Position numbers and translations under genes: made by a program | Source: an uncultured Fibrobacteraceae bacterium | GTDB lineage: Bacteria > Krumholzibacteriota > Krumholzibacteriia > LZORAL124-64-63 | Length of the DNA: 64,000 nt | Assembly: GCA_964399195.1 (NCBI GenBank) | Contig: CAYNPY010000001.1 | Span: 59-64,058, forward strand | Reading direction: 5' to 3' | Part shown: piece by piece, positions 20,642 to 31,943 of the stretch | Numbering within the stretch: position 1 is the stretch's first letter | Layout of the letters: every line of letters begins with the position of its first letter | Notes under the pieces: generated by a model | Databases searched by the model: none | Seen by the model: only the letters and a program-made list of their open reading frames with translations | Told to the model about the DNA's origin: nothing

Positions 20642-20741
20642 GTTCAGCCTCCGGGAGGGGCGGCGGGCCGGCGCCCGGCCGCGTCGTGGGCGCGACGCGG
20701 CTCCCGGCACCGGGCCGGGAGCCGGCGGCGCCGCGGTCCGC

Positions 20742-21206
20742 TCAGTGCTGCCCGGCCGGACTGCCGGCGTCCAGCGCCTGGAGATCCAGGCCGCCCTCGT
20801 CGCGCATCGCGCGGATCAGGTCGGCCAGCGTGAACCCGTTCCAGAATTCCTTGAGGCGCCGGTCCAGCAGAGTCCAGATCGATCGCGTCAGGCAGCCGTC
20901 GGCGCGATCGCAGGTCTGCGGCTCGGGCACGCAGTCCACCGGCGCCGTGTGCGCGTCGAGGGCGCCGATGACGTCCCACAGCGTGACCTCGGAAGGCGGA
21001 CGGCTCAGCGTGTAGCCGCCGCGCACGCCCTTGCGGCTGACGATCAGGCCGGAGCGGCGCAGCGCCCCGACGACCTGCTCGAGGTATTTGCCGCTGATCT
21101 CCTGGCTCTCGGCGATGGCGCTGATGGGAACCGGTTCGCCGCCGTAGTGCTCGGCGATCTGCAGGATGGCGCGCAACCCGTAGCGGACTCTCGTATTGAC
21201 CTTCAT
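20742..21206 (-). CDS. Rrf2 family transcriptional regulator with Cys-x7-C-x5-C cluster ligands (IscR/NsrR-like)
   Basis: The product is [20 protein letters not shown]..., with a wHTH at [29 protein letters not shown] and three Cys residues ([14 protein letters not shown]). Confidence 0.8.
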   Translation of the reverse strand: MKVNTRVRYGLRAILQIAEHYGGEPVPISAIAESQEISGKYLEQVVGALRRSGLIVSRKGVRGGYTLSRPPSEVTLWDVIGALDAHTAPVDCVPEPQTCDRADGCLTRSIWTLLDRRLKEFWNGFTLADLIRAMRDEGGLDLQALDAGSPAGQH

Positions 21207-21470
21207 CGCAGTGCCTGCCCCGCTCGCGGACCCGCTGCGGATCCGCCACCTCCCCGCGGGCGGGCACCCCGGTTGGCGCCGTTCGGCGTCACGGGCGCCC
21301 GCGCCCAAGTGATTGCCTACGGTCGAAATCTATCGCCGCGGGGTCCGGAAGTCCAAGAACTTCCGCTGCCCTTTACACGGCGCGCATTCCTGCTTAACGT
21401 GCCCGGAATTTACCCGGACCCGGGCCGGCCCGAAGACGGGCGCCGGCCGGCCCCAGCGAAAAGGAGAATC

Positions 21471-22499
21471 ATGACCTCACAGGACAGGCGGGAGTTCATC
21501 CGCACGCTGAATCTGTCGGACATCCACCGCCACTTCGACGGCTCGATCCGGCCGGCCACCCTCTGGGAACTCTCCGAGAAGTACTACAGCGCCGTGCCCG
21601 GCCTCGATTTCGAGCAGTTCCGGCACTATCTGCAGTGGGACGAGAAGACCGACAGCACCCTGCTCGACTACCTCGACAAGTTCCACGTTCCCCTGCAGTA
21701 CACGCAGTTCTACGACAACATCAAGCGGATCGCCTACGAACTGGCCGAGGACGCCTACCTGGACGGCGTGCGCCTGCTGGAGCTGCGCATCAACCCGCTG
21801 ATCCACCGGCGCGCCGGCCTGACCAGCCGCCAGGTGCTCGCGGCCACGCGCAAGGGCTTCGACGCCTTCACGGAGAAGCACCCGGACTTCAAGGTGGGCA
21901 TCATCGTCATCGCGATGCGCAACCACGGCGGCAACATGGCGCGCATCCTCCTGCGGGAGATCCTCGGCGAGAAAGAGGAGTTCCACAACGGCGCCGGCGT
22001 CGTCGGCTTCGACATCGCGGGCCATGAGGCGCCCTTCCCGCCCATCCTGTTCAAGGACGCCTACGCCCTGGCCGCGAAGATGGGCTTGAAGACCACCGCC
22101 CACGCCGGCGAGAGCGAGGGCCCCGAGCGCATCTGGGAGGCGCTCGAGAACCTGAACCCCGACCGCATCGGCCACGGCACCAGCGCCGGGCAGGACCCCG
22201 AGCTGATGAAGCGCCTGGCCCGCGACGGCATCTATCTGGAGGTCTGCCTGTCGTCGAACCTCCAGACGGGCGCCGTGCCTTCGCTGCAGGAACACCCGCT
22301 GCCCCGGTTTCTGGATGCCGGCATCAAGGTGGCGCTCTGCACCGACAACCCCACCGTCAGCAGCACGACCCTGTCGCGCGAATACGAGCTGGCGATGGAG
22401 ACCTTCGGCTTCAGCGAGGACGACATGCGCGCCATCGCCCGCATGTCCTGCCGCGGCACCTTTCTGGCCGGCGGCTGCCCGGAGGCGGGCGGCGGCTGA
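21471..22499 (+). CDS. add: Adenosine deaminase family protein
   Basis: An RBS (AAGGAGAA) precedes the ATG at 21471. The product carries HRHFDGS, HAGE and a TDNP-type C-terminal region (CTDNPTVSSTTL), consistent with the metal-dependent amidohydrolase A_deaminase fold. Confidence 0.8.
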   Translation: MTSQDRREFIRTLNLSDIHRHFDGSIRPATLWELSEKYYSAVPGLDFEQFRHYLQWDEKTDSTLLDYLDKFHVPLQYTQFYDNIKRIAYELAEDAYLDGVRLLELRINPLIHRRAGLTSRQVLAATRKGFDAFTEKHPDFKVGIIVIAMRNHGGNMARILLREILGEKEEFHNGAGVVGFDIAGHEAPFPPILFKDAYALAAKMGLKTTAHAGESEGPERIWEALENLNPDRIGHGTSAGQDPELMKRLARDGIYLEVCLSSNLQTGAVPSLQEHPLPRFLDAGIKVALCTDNPTVSSTTLSREYELAMETFGFSEDDMRAIARMSCRGTFLAGGCPEAGGG

Positions 22500-22606
22500 G
22501 CCGGCGCCGGGCGGAAGGCCGCCGGCGGGACTTGCCGCGCCCTGCCCGCGAACCGATAATGCACGGTCGGGCGGGGAAAACGGTTTCAGCAGGAGGATGA
22601 GGGGAC

Positions 22607-23770
22607 ATGTCCAGGAAACTGCGCCGCATCGCGATCCTGACCGGGGGCGGCGACGTGCCGGGCCTCAACGCGGCCATCAAGCAGGTCGTCACCAGGGCCA
22701 AGAACGAGGGCATCGCGGTCGTGGGCATCCGCCGCGGCTGGGGCGGGCTTATCAACTACCGGCCCGAGGCCGACGAGGACTGGAACCGCCACTGGCGGAC
22801 GGAGCTGGACTGGACCCATGTGCGGACCATCGACCGCACCGGCGGCACCTTCCTGCACACCTCGCGCACGAACCCGGGCCGGGTGAAGGAGAAGGACATG
22901 CCGGAGCACCTGCACCGGCCCGACCGCTCCTACCCGGCTGACCTGACCGACGTCGTGGTGGCGAATCTCGAGCACCTCCAGATCGACGCGCTGGTCCCCA
23001 TCGGCGGCGACGACACGCTCAGCTACGCGGCGCGCCTGCACCAGGCGGGCTACCCGCAGGTGGCGATCCCCAAGACGATGGACAACGACGTCTACGGGAC
23101 CGACTTCTGCATCGGGTTCAGCACGGCCGTGACGCGTTCGGTGCAGGCCATCAGCGACCTGCGGACGCCGATCGGCTCGCACGAGCGCATCGGCCTGGTC
23201 GAACTGTTCGGACGCAACAGCGGCGAGACCTGCCTCGTCTCCAGCTACCTGGCGCACGTCGACCGCGCGGTCATCAGCGAGGTGCCGTTCGACATCGAGC
23301 GCCTGGCCGAGATGATCAACCGCGACAAGCGCGACAACCCGAGCCACTACGCGATGGTCACGATCAGCGAGGGCGCCGTCCCCCACGGCGGGGGCATCGT
23401 CGAGACCGGCGAGGAGGACGCCTACGGCCATCGCAAACTGGGCGGCGTCGGCATGTGGGCGGCCGAGCAGCTGAAGAGGCTGACCGGGCACGGCATCACC
23501 TACCAGCAGCTCGGCTACATGATGCGCTGCGGCGCTCCCGACGCGCTGGACCGCATGGTGGCCATGAACTTCGGCAACCTGGCGATGGACCTGCTGCTGG
23601 AGGGCCGCACCGGCCTGATGACGGCGCTGCGCGACGGCCGCTACGCGGCGGTGGACCTGGCGGCCATCACCAGCGGCGTCAAGCGCGTGGACGTCGCCCG
23701 CTTCTACGACCCGCGCGAGTACCGCCCGGTCATCCGCGGCGTCGAGGCGCTGCCGATGTTCCTGCGCTGA
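22607..23770 (+). CDS. pfk: 6-phosphofructokinase (ATP- or PPi-dependent)
   Basis: The product is [17 protein letters not shown] with GGDDT and PKTMDNDV motifs. A GGAGGA RBS lies upstream. Confidence 0.85.
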   Translation: MSRKLRRIAILTGGGDVPGLNAAIKQVVTRAKNEGIAVVGIRRGWGGLINYRPEADEDWNRHWRTELDWTHVRTIDRTGGTFLHTSRTNPGRVKEKDMPEHLHRPDRSYPADLTDVVVANLEHLQIDALVPIGGDDTLSYAARLHQAGYPQVAIPKTMDNDVYGTDFCIGFSTAVTRSVQAISDLRTPIGSHERIGLVELFGRNSGETCLVSSYLAHVDRAVISEVPFDIERLAEMINRDKRDNPSHYAMVTISEGAVPHGGGIVETGEEDAYGHRKLGGVGMWAAEQLKRLTGHGITYQQLGYMMRCGAPDALDRMVAMNFGNLAMDLLLEGRTGLMTALRDGRYAAVDLAAITSGVKRVDVARFYDPREYRPVIRGVEALPMFLR

Positions 23771-23849
23771 GCGCCAGACCGCTCCGCCACCGAGCGCCCG
23801 CGCCTTCTGGCCGCTGGACGGCGCGGGCGCGGGCGCGTATGCTCCCGCA

Positions 23850-25547
23850 ATGCCTCGCCCGCGCCTCATCCGCCTGCTGATCGCCCTCGGCATCCTGGCC
23901 GCGGGCGCCGGGCTGCTGCGGGGCTACACCACCGACGACACGTTCATCCACCTGCGTTACGCGCAGCACCTGCTCGAGCGCGGCGAGATCGCCTTCAACC
24001 CCGGCGAGCCCACCTACGGCGCGACCAGTCCCCTGTGGATCTTCGGTCTGGCCCTGCTGCTGAAGCTGGGCGCGGCGCCGGACCTGGCGGCCTGGCTGCT
24101 GGGGGCGCTCTGCGGCCTGGGCGTGGTGCTGGTCGCCGACGGCATCCTCTGCCGCTTCACCTATCCCGAGCGCTGGAAGGCGATCGTGCTCGCGCTGATC
24201 GTCGCCGAGCCGTGGTTCCTGCGCTGGACGTTCTCCGGCATGGAGACGCCGCTGGCGACCCTGGCGCTGCTGGTGCTGTTGTGGCCCCTGGTCTCGGGCC
24301 GGGACCTCGGCTGGGGCGTCACCCGCGAGCCGCTGTGGCAACGCTACCTGGGCTGGGGCGTGGCGGCTGGCCTGGCCGGCCTGGTGCGCCCGGAGTTCCT
24401 GCTCCTGGCGCCGGCCGCCCTGCCCGTCCTGCTGTGGTTCGAGTACTACCGCGCCAGCGCCGTCGGCGGGGTGAAGGCCCGGCACCGGGCGCGCCCCGTC
24501 GCCCCGGCCGTCGCCGCGGCCGCCGGCTGGCTGGCCGCGGCGGGTCCCTGGCTGCTCTACGCGCGCTGGGCCTTCGGGGGCGCGCTGCCGGACACGGCCG
24601 CGGCCAAGAGCGGCGCACCGGCCGGCGACCCGCTCGCGCTGGCCGGGGGCCTCTGGCAGGCGGCGAAGCCGCTGCTGGCGGTGGCGGGCTTCTACGTCCT
24701 GGTGCCCGTCGTGCTGGTCGTGCTGGTCCTGGCCTCGCGGCGCGAACCGGTCGAGGAGCCCGATGAAGAGGGGGCCGACGCGACGGAGCCGGCCGCTGAA
24801 GCCGCGCCGCCCGGCTCGTTCGGCGCCTGGTCGGTCTGGGGTCCGGTCGCCTTCGTCGGCGTGGCCGTGACGTGGACGGTGCTGCTGCTGGGGGGCTACG
24901 CGGCGCGCGGGGTCTGGGTGATCTCGCGCTACGTCAGCCCCCTGGTGCCGGTCGGCGTGCTGGCCCTGAGCCTGCTGGTGGAGTGGCTGTTGCACGGCCC
25001 GGGGCTCAGCCGGGCCGCCCGCCGGGCGGGCCGGGCGGTGGCGCTCGCCGGCATCGCCCTGGGGCTGGGCGTGAATGCCTGGATCTTCGGCGCACAGGTC
25101 GTGCCGCATGCGCGGGCGTTCCCGCCGGGAGTGCGCGAGTGCTACGGCGGCATCGGCCGCTGGCTGGCGGCCAACCTCGAACCCGGGGGCACGGTGGCGG
25201 CGCTGGACATCGGCGCGGTCGCCGCCCACAGCGACCGGCGCGTCCTGGACCTGATGGGGCTGGTCAGCCCGTCGGTGCGGGAGCTGGGGCGGCGGCAGGG
25301 CTTCGCCGCCATGGTCGAGTCCGGCTCCTGGCTCCGGGCCGAGCCGGACCACCCGCCGGCCTACCTGGTCGACCGCACCGACGGTCCGCCGCGCTGGCAG
25401 GGGCGCACCGTGGAAGGCGTCCGCTTCGAGCTGCTGCAGACGTGCGAACTGGCCGGCGTCGGGCTGCGCGAGAGCCAGACGTGGACCGTGGCCCTCTACC
25501 GCCTGGAGCCCGTGGCCAGGCTCGCCAGTCCGCCCGCCGGCGGGTAG
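23850..25547 (+). CDS. Polytopic membrane protein, putative GT-C glycosyltransferase (arabinofuranosyl/mannosyltransferase-like)
   Basis: It has at least 10 TM helices and an N-terminal TDDTFIHLRYAQHL...GEPTYGATSPLW motif resembling GT-C family N-termini. Confidence 0.5.
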   Translation: MPRPRLIRLLIALGILAAGAGLLRGYTTDDTFIHLRYAQHLLERGEIAFNPGEPTYGATSPLWIFGLALLLKLGAAPDLAAWLLGALCGLGVVLVADGILCRFTYPERWKAIVLALIVAEPWFLRWTFSGMETPLATLALLVLLWPLVSGRDLGWGVTREPLWQRYLGWGVAAGLAGLVRPEFLLLAPAALPVLLWFEYYRASAVGGVKARHRARPVAPAVAAAAGWLAAAGPWLLYARWAFGGALPDTAAAKSGAPAGDPLALAGGLWQAAKPLLAVAGFYVLVPVVLVVLVLASRREPVEEPDEEGADATEPAAEAAPPGSFGAWSVWGPVAFVGVAVTWTVLLLGGYAARGVWVISRYVSPLVPVGVLALSLLVEWLLHGPGLSRAARRAGRAVALAGIALGLGVNAWIFGAQVVPHARAFPPGVRECYGGIGRWLAANLEPGGTVAALDIGAVAAHSDRRVLDLMGLVSPSVRELGRRQGFAAMVESGSWLRAEPDHPPAYLVDRTDGPPRWQGRTVEGVRFELLQTCELAGVGLRESQTWTVALYRLEPVARLASPPAGG

Positions 25548-26821
25548 GCGTCCGCCGGCAGCCGGCGGATCACGACCACGCTGACGTCGTCGGCCAGCGG
25601 CGCGTCGCGGCCGAAGGCGCGCACCGCCGCGACGACCGCCTCGGCGATCTCCGGCGCCGGCCGCGCGCGCAGGCCGGCCAGCAGCTCCACCAGCCGCTCC
25701 CGCCCGAACTCGTGCAACTCGTCCTCGCCGCCGGGTCCCCGGGGATCGAGCCGCTCGGTGACGCCGTCGGTGTAGACCAGCAGCACGTCGCCGGGCTCCA
25801 GCGAGACGTAGCCGCGCCGGTAGACGGCGTCCGGCAGCGGCCCCAGCACCGGGCCGCAGGTCATCAGCTCGCGGACCTCGCCGTCGGCCTTCGCCAGCAG
25901 CGGCGGCGGGTGGCCGCCGTTGACGTAGACCAGGCTGCCGGTCGCCTCCAGCTCCCCGTAGAAGAGCGAGATGAAGCGGCTGGCCAGGCCGCCCTGGTTG
26001 ATGACGCGGTTGAGCCGCGCGATGGTGGCGTTGATCTTCTCGCCCCGCGCCTGGCCCATGCGCATGCCGACCACGACGTCGCGCGCCTGCAGGGCCGCCG
26101 GCAGGCCGTGGCCGCTGGCGTCCGCCAGCAGGAACCCGATCGTGCCCGGCTCCACGTCCTGCAGGTCGTAGACGTCGCCGCCCACCTCGTCGGCCGGCAG
26201 GCTGGTGGCCGCCAGGTCGAAGCCCGGCAGCGACGGCAGGCATCCCGGCAGCAGCGAATGCTGGATGCTTCGCGCCTGGCGCATCTGCGAGGCGAGGGCC
26301 AGCATGCGCAGCTTCAGGCCGACGGCGGCGCGGATCGTCTCGAGCAGGACCAGCAGGTCCTCCTCGCTGCCGTGGTGGCGGATGCTGAGGCTCAGGATGT
26401 AGTTCGGATCGCGGCCGACCAGGATCGCGGCCGAGTCCTCGTCCCCGAACTGCGACTCGACGGCCGGATCGAAGCCCGGCGAGCTGGGGGAGATGACCCA
26501 CAGGCGGCGCCGCTCGATGTCGCGCACCACCTGGTAGTCCTTGCTGATCGTCTTGCCGGCCAGCGCGGCGCCCAGGCCGCCGACGCTCTCGATCAGGCAG
26601 TAGTCCTGCTTGCGCTCGCGGTAGAGGCGGCCGCTCGTGATGCCGAGCCGCTCCGCTGCGGGGTTGTTCACCAGGAGGTGGAGCACCTCGCGAAGCATCG
26701 CCTCGCCGCCGGCCGAGTCGTCGATGGTCCCGAGCAGCGTCTCCACGGTCCGATACAAGCGCTTGTGCACGCGCCGCCGTCCTTCCCGGCGCGGAACCCG
26801 CGCCGTCGCCGAAGGTATCAC
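25496..26821 (-). CDS. GAF-domain PP2C-type (SpoIIE/RsbU-like) serine/threonine phosphatase
   Basis: The C-terminal PP2C motifs are GDVYD, LADASGHG and YTDGVTE. The N-terminal region is GAF-like. The start is uncertain, with GTG 26821, GTG 26768 or ATG 26698 all possible. Confidence 0.75.
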   Translation of the reverse strand: MIPSATARVPRREGRRRVHKRLYRTVETLLGTIDDSAGGEAMLREVLHLLVNNPAAERLGITSGRLYRERKQDYCLIESVGGLGAALAGKTISKDYQVVRDIERRRLWVISPSSPGFDPAVESQFGDEDSAAILVGRDPNYILSLSIRHHGSEEDLLVLLETIRAAVGLKLRMLALASQMRQARSIQHSLLPGCLPSLPGFDLAATSLPADEVGGDVYDLQDVEPGTIGFLLADASGHGLPAALQARDVVVGMRMGQARGEKINATIARLNRVINQGGLASRFISLFYGELEATGSLVYVNGGHPPPLLAKADGEVRELMTCGPVLGPLPDAVYRRGYVSLEPGDVLLVYTDGVTERLDPRGPGGEDELHEFGRERLVELLAGLRARPAPEIAEAVVAAVRAFGRDAPLADDVSVVVIRRLPADAYPPAGGLASLATGSRR

Positions 26822-26925
26822 CGGGCCGCCGCCCGGGCCAGCGCGAGGCAGTGGACGGGGATCGCCCGCGGCCTTATCGTCCCTGTCCCGGCCGCGTGCC
26901 CCCGGAACCCCGAAAGGACGACACC

Positions 26926-27905
<980 letters not shown>

Positions 27906-27909
<4 letters not shown>

Positions 27910-28802
27910 GCTCCCAGCTGCTGACCCCGGAACTGGCGGGGCAGCTCGGCCGGATCGACCTGGTGGCGCGGCTGGTCGTCGAGGGCTTCCTGCTGGGCCT
28001 CCACAAGAGCCCCTACCACGGCTTCTCGGCGGAGTTCGCCGAGTACCGGCAGTACATCCCCGGCGAGCCGGTGGCCAACATGGACTGGCGGGCCTACGCC
28101 AAGTCCGACCGGCACTACCTGAAGGTCTTCACCGAGGAGACGAACCTCCGCGCCACGATCCTGCTCGACTGCTCGGCGAGCATGGACTTCCGCGGCGACC
28201 AGCGGCGACCCGGCAAGAAGCGGTACGCCGCCTACCTCGCCGCGGCGCTCAGCTACCTCCTGCTGCGCCAGAACGACGCCGTGGGCCTGCTCACGTTCGA
28301 CCAGGCGCCCCTGGTCTCGGTGCCGGCGCGCTCGCTGCGCCGGCAGTTCTTCCAGGTGCTGAAGGTGCTCGACGACCTGCCCCCCGGCACGGGCACGGAC
28401 CTGGGCGCCGTGCTGCACCGCGTCGCCGAGCGCGTGCCGCGCCGGGGCTTGATCATCCTGTTGAGCGACCTGATGGACGACCCGGCGCGAATCATCGCGG
28501 GCCTCAAGCACTTCCGGCACCGCGGCCATGAGGTGATCGTGTTCCAGATCCTCGATCCCCGCGAGGTGGACCTCGATTATCGCGGCGAGGTCGAATTCGA
28601 GGCCCTCGAGCAGCCGGGACAGCGCGTGAGGCTGGAGCCCGCCCACCTCCGTGACGCCTATCGCGAGCGCTTCGAAGCGTGGCGCGCCGACCTGCGCCGC
28701 GAGTGCCGCCGCCAGCGTGTGGATCTGGTCGAGATCACGACCGACACCCCGTTCGCGCGGGGCCTGGGGGCCTACCTGCGCAAGCGCCGGCGGCTCTACT
28801 GA
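27906..28802 (+). CDS. DUF58 domain protein (vWA-like MoxR partner)
   Basis: The GTG start overlaps the MoxR stop (GTGA). The product carries HKSPYHGFSAEFAEYRQYIPGE and LLDCSASM, the canonical DUF58 signatures. Confidence 0.8.
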
Positions 28803-30922
28803 TGCCCCTGTCGTTCCTCAATCCCGGCCTGTTGCTGGGGGCGGTCGCGGCGGCGCTGCCGGTGGTGCTGCATTTCCTCAGCCGGCGTCGCGCGCGCCGC
28901 GAGCGCTTCAGCGATCTGCGCTTCCTCGAGCAGGCGCGCGCGGGGCAGGCGCGCGCGCTCGGCGTGCGGCGCTGGCTGCTGCTGCTGCTGCGCGTGCTGG
29001 CGCTGCTGCTGGTGGTCGTCGGCGCCGCGGGGCCGCGCTGGGGCGGCGTCGGCGGCTCCGGCGCGGCCGGCGGCGCCTACCTTCTGGTCGTCGACGCCAG
29101 CGCCAGCGCCGGCGCCCGGCGCGGAGCGGGCACCGTCCTGGACGCCGTCCGCCAGGACGCCGCGGAACTCGTGCGCCGGCTCCCGTCGGGGGCCGCCGTC
29201 CAGGTCGTCGTCGCCGGCGGACTCCCGCAGGCCCTGTTCGGCGACTGGCTGCCGGCCGGCGAAGCGGTCGTCGCCGCGCTGGCCGACGTGCAGCCCACCG
29301 AAGGCGGATTCGAACTGGCGGCCGTGCTGCGCGAAGCCGCGCGCCAGGCGGTCCGCGCGCCGGGGGCCCCGGTCAACCTGGTGCTGCTGGGCGACCTCCA
29401 GGAGCCGGCAGCCGGTCCCGCCGCCGCCGAGGCGGCGCGCGCCCTGCGCGCCGCGCGCGAGGTGCGCGTGCTTCTGCGCGAGGTGGCGCCCGACCGCGGG
29501 GCCGGCGGCGGCGTCGTCGCGGTCCAGGCGCCGCGCCGGGCGCTGCGGCCCGGCGAGACGGCGATCGTCAGGGCGACCGTCGTGCCGGCGCGGGCGGGCC
29601 AGGTCTTCGCCCTCGAACTGGGCGGCCTGACGGTGGCCGAAGCCGTGGCCGCCGGGCCGGCCGGCCGCGCGGCGGAACTGGAGTTCGCCGTGGCGGCGCC
29701 GGGCCCCGGCCTGCACGCCGGCTGGGTGCGCACCGAGAGCGACGTCATGGCCGCGGACGATCGGCGACCGTTCGTGCTGGCGGTGCCGCCCAGCCTGGGC
29801 GTCCTGGTCGTGCACGGCGCCGACCGGCCCGGCGACGGCCCGGGCGGGCGCGGCGGCTGGCGCTATCTGGCCCAGGCGCTGGCCCCGGGCGGGGCGCCCG
29901 GCCCGTTCACGGTGACCGCGCGCGCGAGCGACGAGGTGACCAGCGAGGCCGTGGCGCAGGCCGGGGTCGTGGCGCTGGTCGACCCGGGGCCGCTCGGGCG
30001 CGCCGGGCTGGACGCGCTCACGGCGCGACTGGCGGGCGGGGGCGGCGCGCTGCTCGCGGCCGGCGATCCGCTGGTCGTCGCGCACCTCGACCAGGTGCTG
30101 CTGCCTGCGCTCGGGCTGCCCGCGCCGGCGCCGGCCGCCTCGGCGCCGGGCGCCGGCGTCCACGCGCGCATCGTGGACGCCTCGCACCCGCTGCTGGCCG
30201 GACTGGACGCCGGCGCGCGCCGCGCGCTGGAGGACGTGCTCTGGCGGCGCTGGCTCGCGCACCGGGCCGACGGCTCGCGGGTCGTGCTGGAACTGGCCGG
30301 CGGCCAGCCGCTGCTGCTCGAGCGCGAGACCGGGTCCGGGCGCCTGGCGGTGCTGGCGTCCGACCTCAGCGACGACGCGGGCGACTTCGCGCGCAGCCCT
30401 CTGGCCGTGCCGCTGCTGCAGCGCACGTGCTCCTGGCTGGGCGGCGGCAGCGCCCAGGACGGCGCGGCGTCGACGCTGGTCGGCGAGCCGACCGGCGTGC
30501 GGCCGCGCCCGGGCGTGGCGCCGGCGGCGTTGGCGGCCGGGGTGGTGGCGGCCGGCCCGCGGCCCGGCTCCGGCGCCGCGGCGGAGCTGGAATGGCGCGA
30601 CGGGTTGCCGTGGTTGACGGCCGGCGCGGCGGACCGCGCGGGTTTCGTCGCCTTCCTGGCCGGCTCCGACACCGTCGGGCTGGTCGCGGTCGGGGTGCCG
30701 CCGGACGAGACGCTGCGCCCCCGGGAGGGCGCCGACGGCTGGAGCCGCCGCCTGCGCGGCCTGGACCTGCCGGTCGCCGCTCCTCTGGCCGGCGACGGGC
30801 CCGACGCGCTGGCGGACGCGCTGGCCGGCCGGGACCTGGCGCCCTGGGCGTTCCTGCTGGCGGTCTGCCTGCTGGCGCTGGAACTCGCGGTCGGCGCCGG
30901 GCGCGCCCGGCGCGGGAGTTGA
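28802..30922 (+). CDS. Membrane protein with BatA_N (aerotolerance regulator N-terminal) domain and large C-terminal region, 706 aa
   Basis: The ATG overlaps the DUF58 stop. The N-terminus MPLSFLNPGLLLGAVAAALPVVLHFLSRRRARRERFSDLRFL matches the BatA N-terminal double-TM domain. The rest of the protein is low-complexity and Ala/Gly-rich. Confidence 0.65.
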   Translation: MPLSFLNPGLLLGAVAAALPVVLHFLSRRRARRERFSDLRFLEQARAGQARALGVRRWLLLLLRVLALLLVVVGAAGPRWGGVGGSGAAGGAYLLVVDASASAGARRGAGTVLDAVRQDAAELVRRLPSGAAVQVVVAGGLPQALFGDWLPAGEAVVAALADVQPTEGGFELAAVLREAARQAVRAPGAPVNLVLLGDLQEPAAGPAAAEAARALRAAREVRVLLREVAPDRGAGGGVVAVQAPRRALRPGETAIVRATVVPARAGQVFALELGGLTVAEAVAAGPAGRAAELEFAVAAPGPGLHAGWVRTESDVMAADDRRPFVLAVPPSLGVLVVHGADRPGDGPGGRGGWRYLAQALAPGGAPGPFTVTARASDEVTSEAVAQAGVVALVDPGPLGRAGLDALTARLAGGGGALLAAGDPLVVAHLDQVLLPALGLPAPAPAASAPGAGVHARIVDASHPLLAGLDAGARRALEDVLWRRWLAHRADGSRVVLELAGGQPLLLERETGSGRLAVLASDLSDDAGDFARSPLAVPLLQRTCSWLGGGSAQDGAASTLVGEPTGVRPRPGVAPAALAAGVVAAGPRPGSGAAAELEWRDGLPWLTAGAADRAGFVAFLAGSDTVGLVAVGVPPDETLRPREGADGWSRRLRGLDLPVAAPLAGDGPDALADALAGRDLAPWAFLLAVCLLALELAVGAGRARRGS

Positions 30923-31037
30923 AATCGGGCCGATGCGCCCCCATCTTGCCGGTGTGGCCGGCCCGTCGGCGCCGCCGCCGGACCGGCGGGCGCGGGCGCC
31001 CGCGCCGGTTACCGACCTCCCCGCGGCAGGTGCTGTC

Positions 31038-31943
31038 ATGTGGAACTACTCCGACAAGGTCATGGACCACTTCCTCAACCCGCGCAACGTGGGCGAGCTG
31101 CCGGACGCCGACGGCGTGGGCGAGGTGGGCTCCATGGCCTGCGGCGACGCCCTGCGGTTGAGCTTCCGGCTCGCGCCCGACGGACGGATCGCCGAGGCGA
31201 AGTTCCAGACCTTCGGCTGCGGCAGCGCCATCGCCTCCAGCAGCATCCTGACCGAGATGATCCGCGGCCTCACCCTCGAGGAGGCGTCGCGCGTCACCAA
31301 CGAGGACATCGCGCGCGAACTGGGCGGCCTGCCGCGCGAGAAGATGCACTGCTCGGTGATGGGCCGCGAGGCGCTCGAGGCGGCGATGCTCGACTACTAC
31401 CGCCGCCAGGGGCGCGAGGTGCCGTGCCACCTGCTGGTGGGCACGTCGCTGCTCTGCCACTGCTACCAGGTGACGAAGGAGACGGTGCGCGAGGCGATCG
31501 AGCGGCACGGGCTCGAGAGCGTCGAGGACGTCACCCACCATACGAAGGCCGGCGGCGGCTGCGGCGACTGCCACCACGAGATCGCCGACCTGCTGCGCGA
31601 GTACGCCGACCGGCAGGCCGCGGCGCCGGCCGGCGCGCCGGGCCGGCTCGTGGAACTGGCGCCGCTGGCGCCGCGCGGCGCGCCCGGCCCGGACCATGAC
31701 CCCGCCGATGCGGAGATCGTCGGGCGCATCGCGGACCTGCTGGAAGCGGAGATCGCCCCGGCGCTCCGTGGCGACGGCGGCGACATCGAGTTCGTCCGTT
31801 ACCGCGACCTGCGCGTCCACGTGCGGCTGACGGGCAACTGCGCCGCCTGCCGCTCGTCGGCGGTCACGATCGGCGGGCTGGTCGAGCCGCGCCTGCGCGA
31901 GTTCGTCGACCCGCGCCTCGTCGTGGTCGAGGTGGACCGGTGA
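31038..31943 (+). CDS. nifU: Fe-S cluster assembly scaffold NifU (three-domain: IscU-like N-term, BFD-like [2Fe-2S] central, Nfu C-term)
   Basis: The N-terminal IscU-like domain reads MWNYSDKVMDHFLNPRNVGEL...GSMACGDALRL...TFGCGSAIASSS. The central domain reads CHCYQVT...GGGCGDCHHEI. The C-terminal Nfu domain reads DIEFVRYRDLRVHVRLTGNCAACRSS. Confidence 0.9.
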   Translation: MWNYSDKVMDHFLNPRNVGELPDADGVGEVGSMACGDALRLSFRLAPDGRIAEAKFQTFGCGSAIASSSILTEMIRGLTLEEASRVTNEDIARELGGLPREKMHCSVMGREALEAAMLDYYRRQGREVPCHLLVGTSLLCHCYQVTKETVREAIERHGLESVEDVTHHTKAGGGCGDCHHEIADLLREYADRQAAAPAGAPGRLVELAPLAPRGAPGPDHDPADAEIVGRIADLLEAEIAPALRGDGGDIEFVRYRDLRVHVRLTGNCAACRSSAVTIGGLVEPRLREFVDPRLVVVEVDR

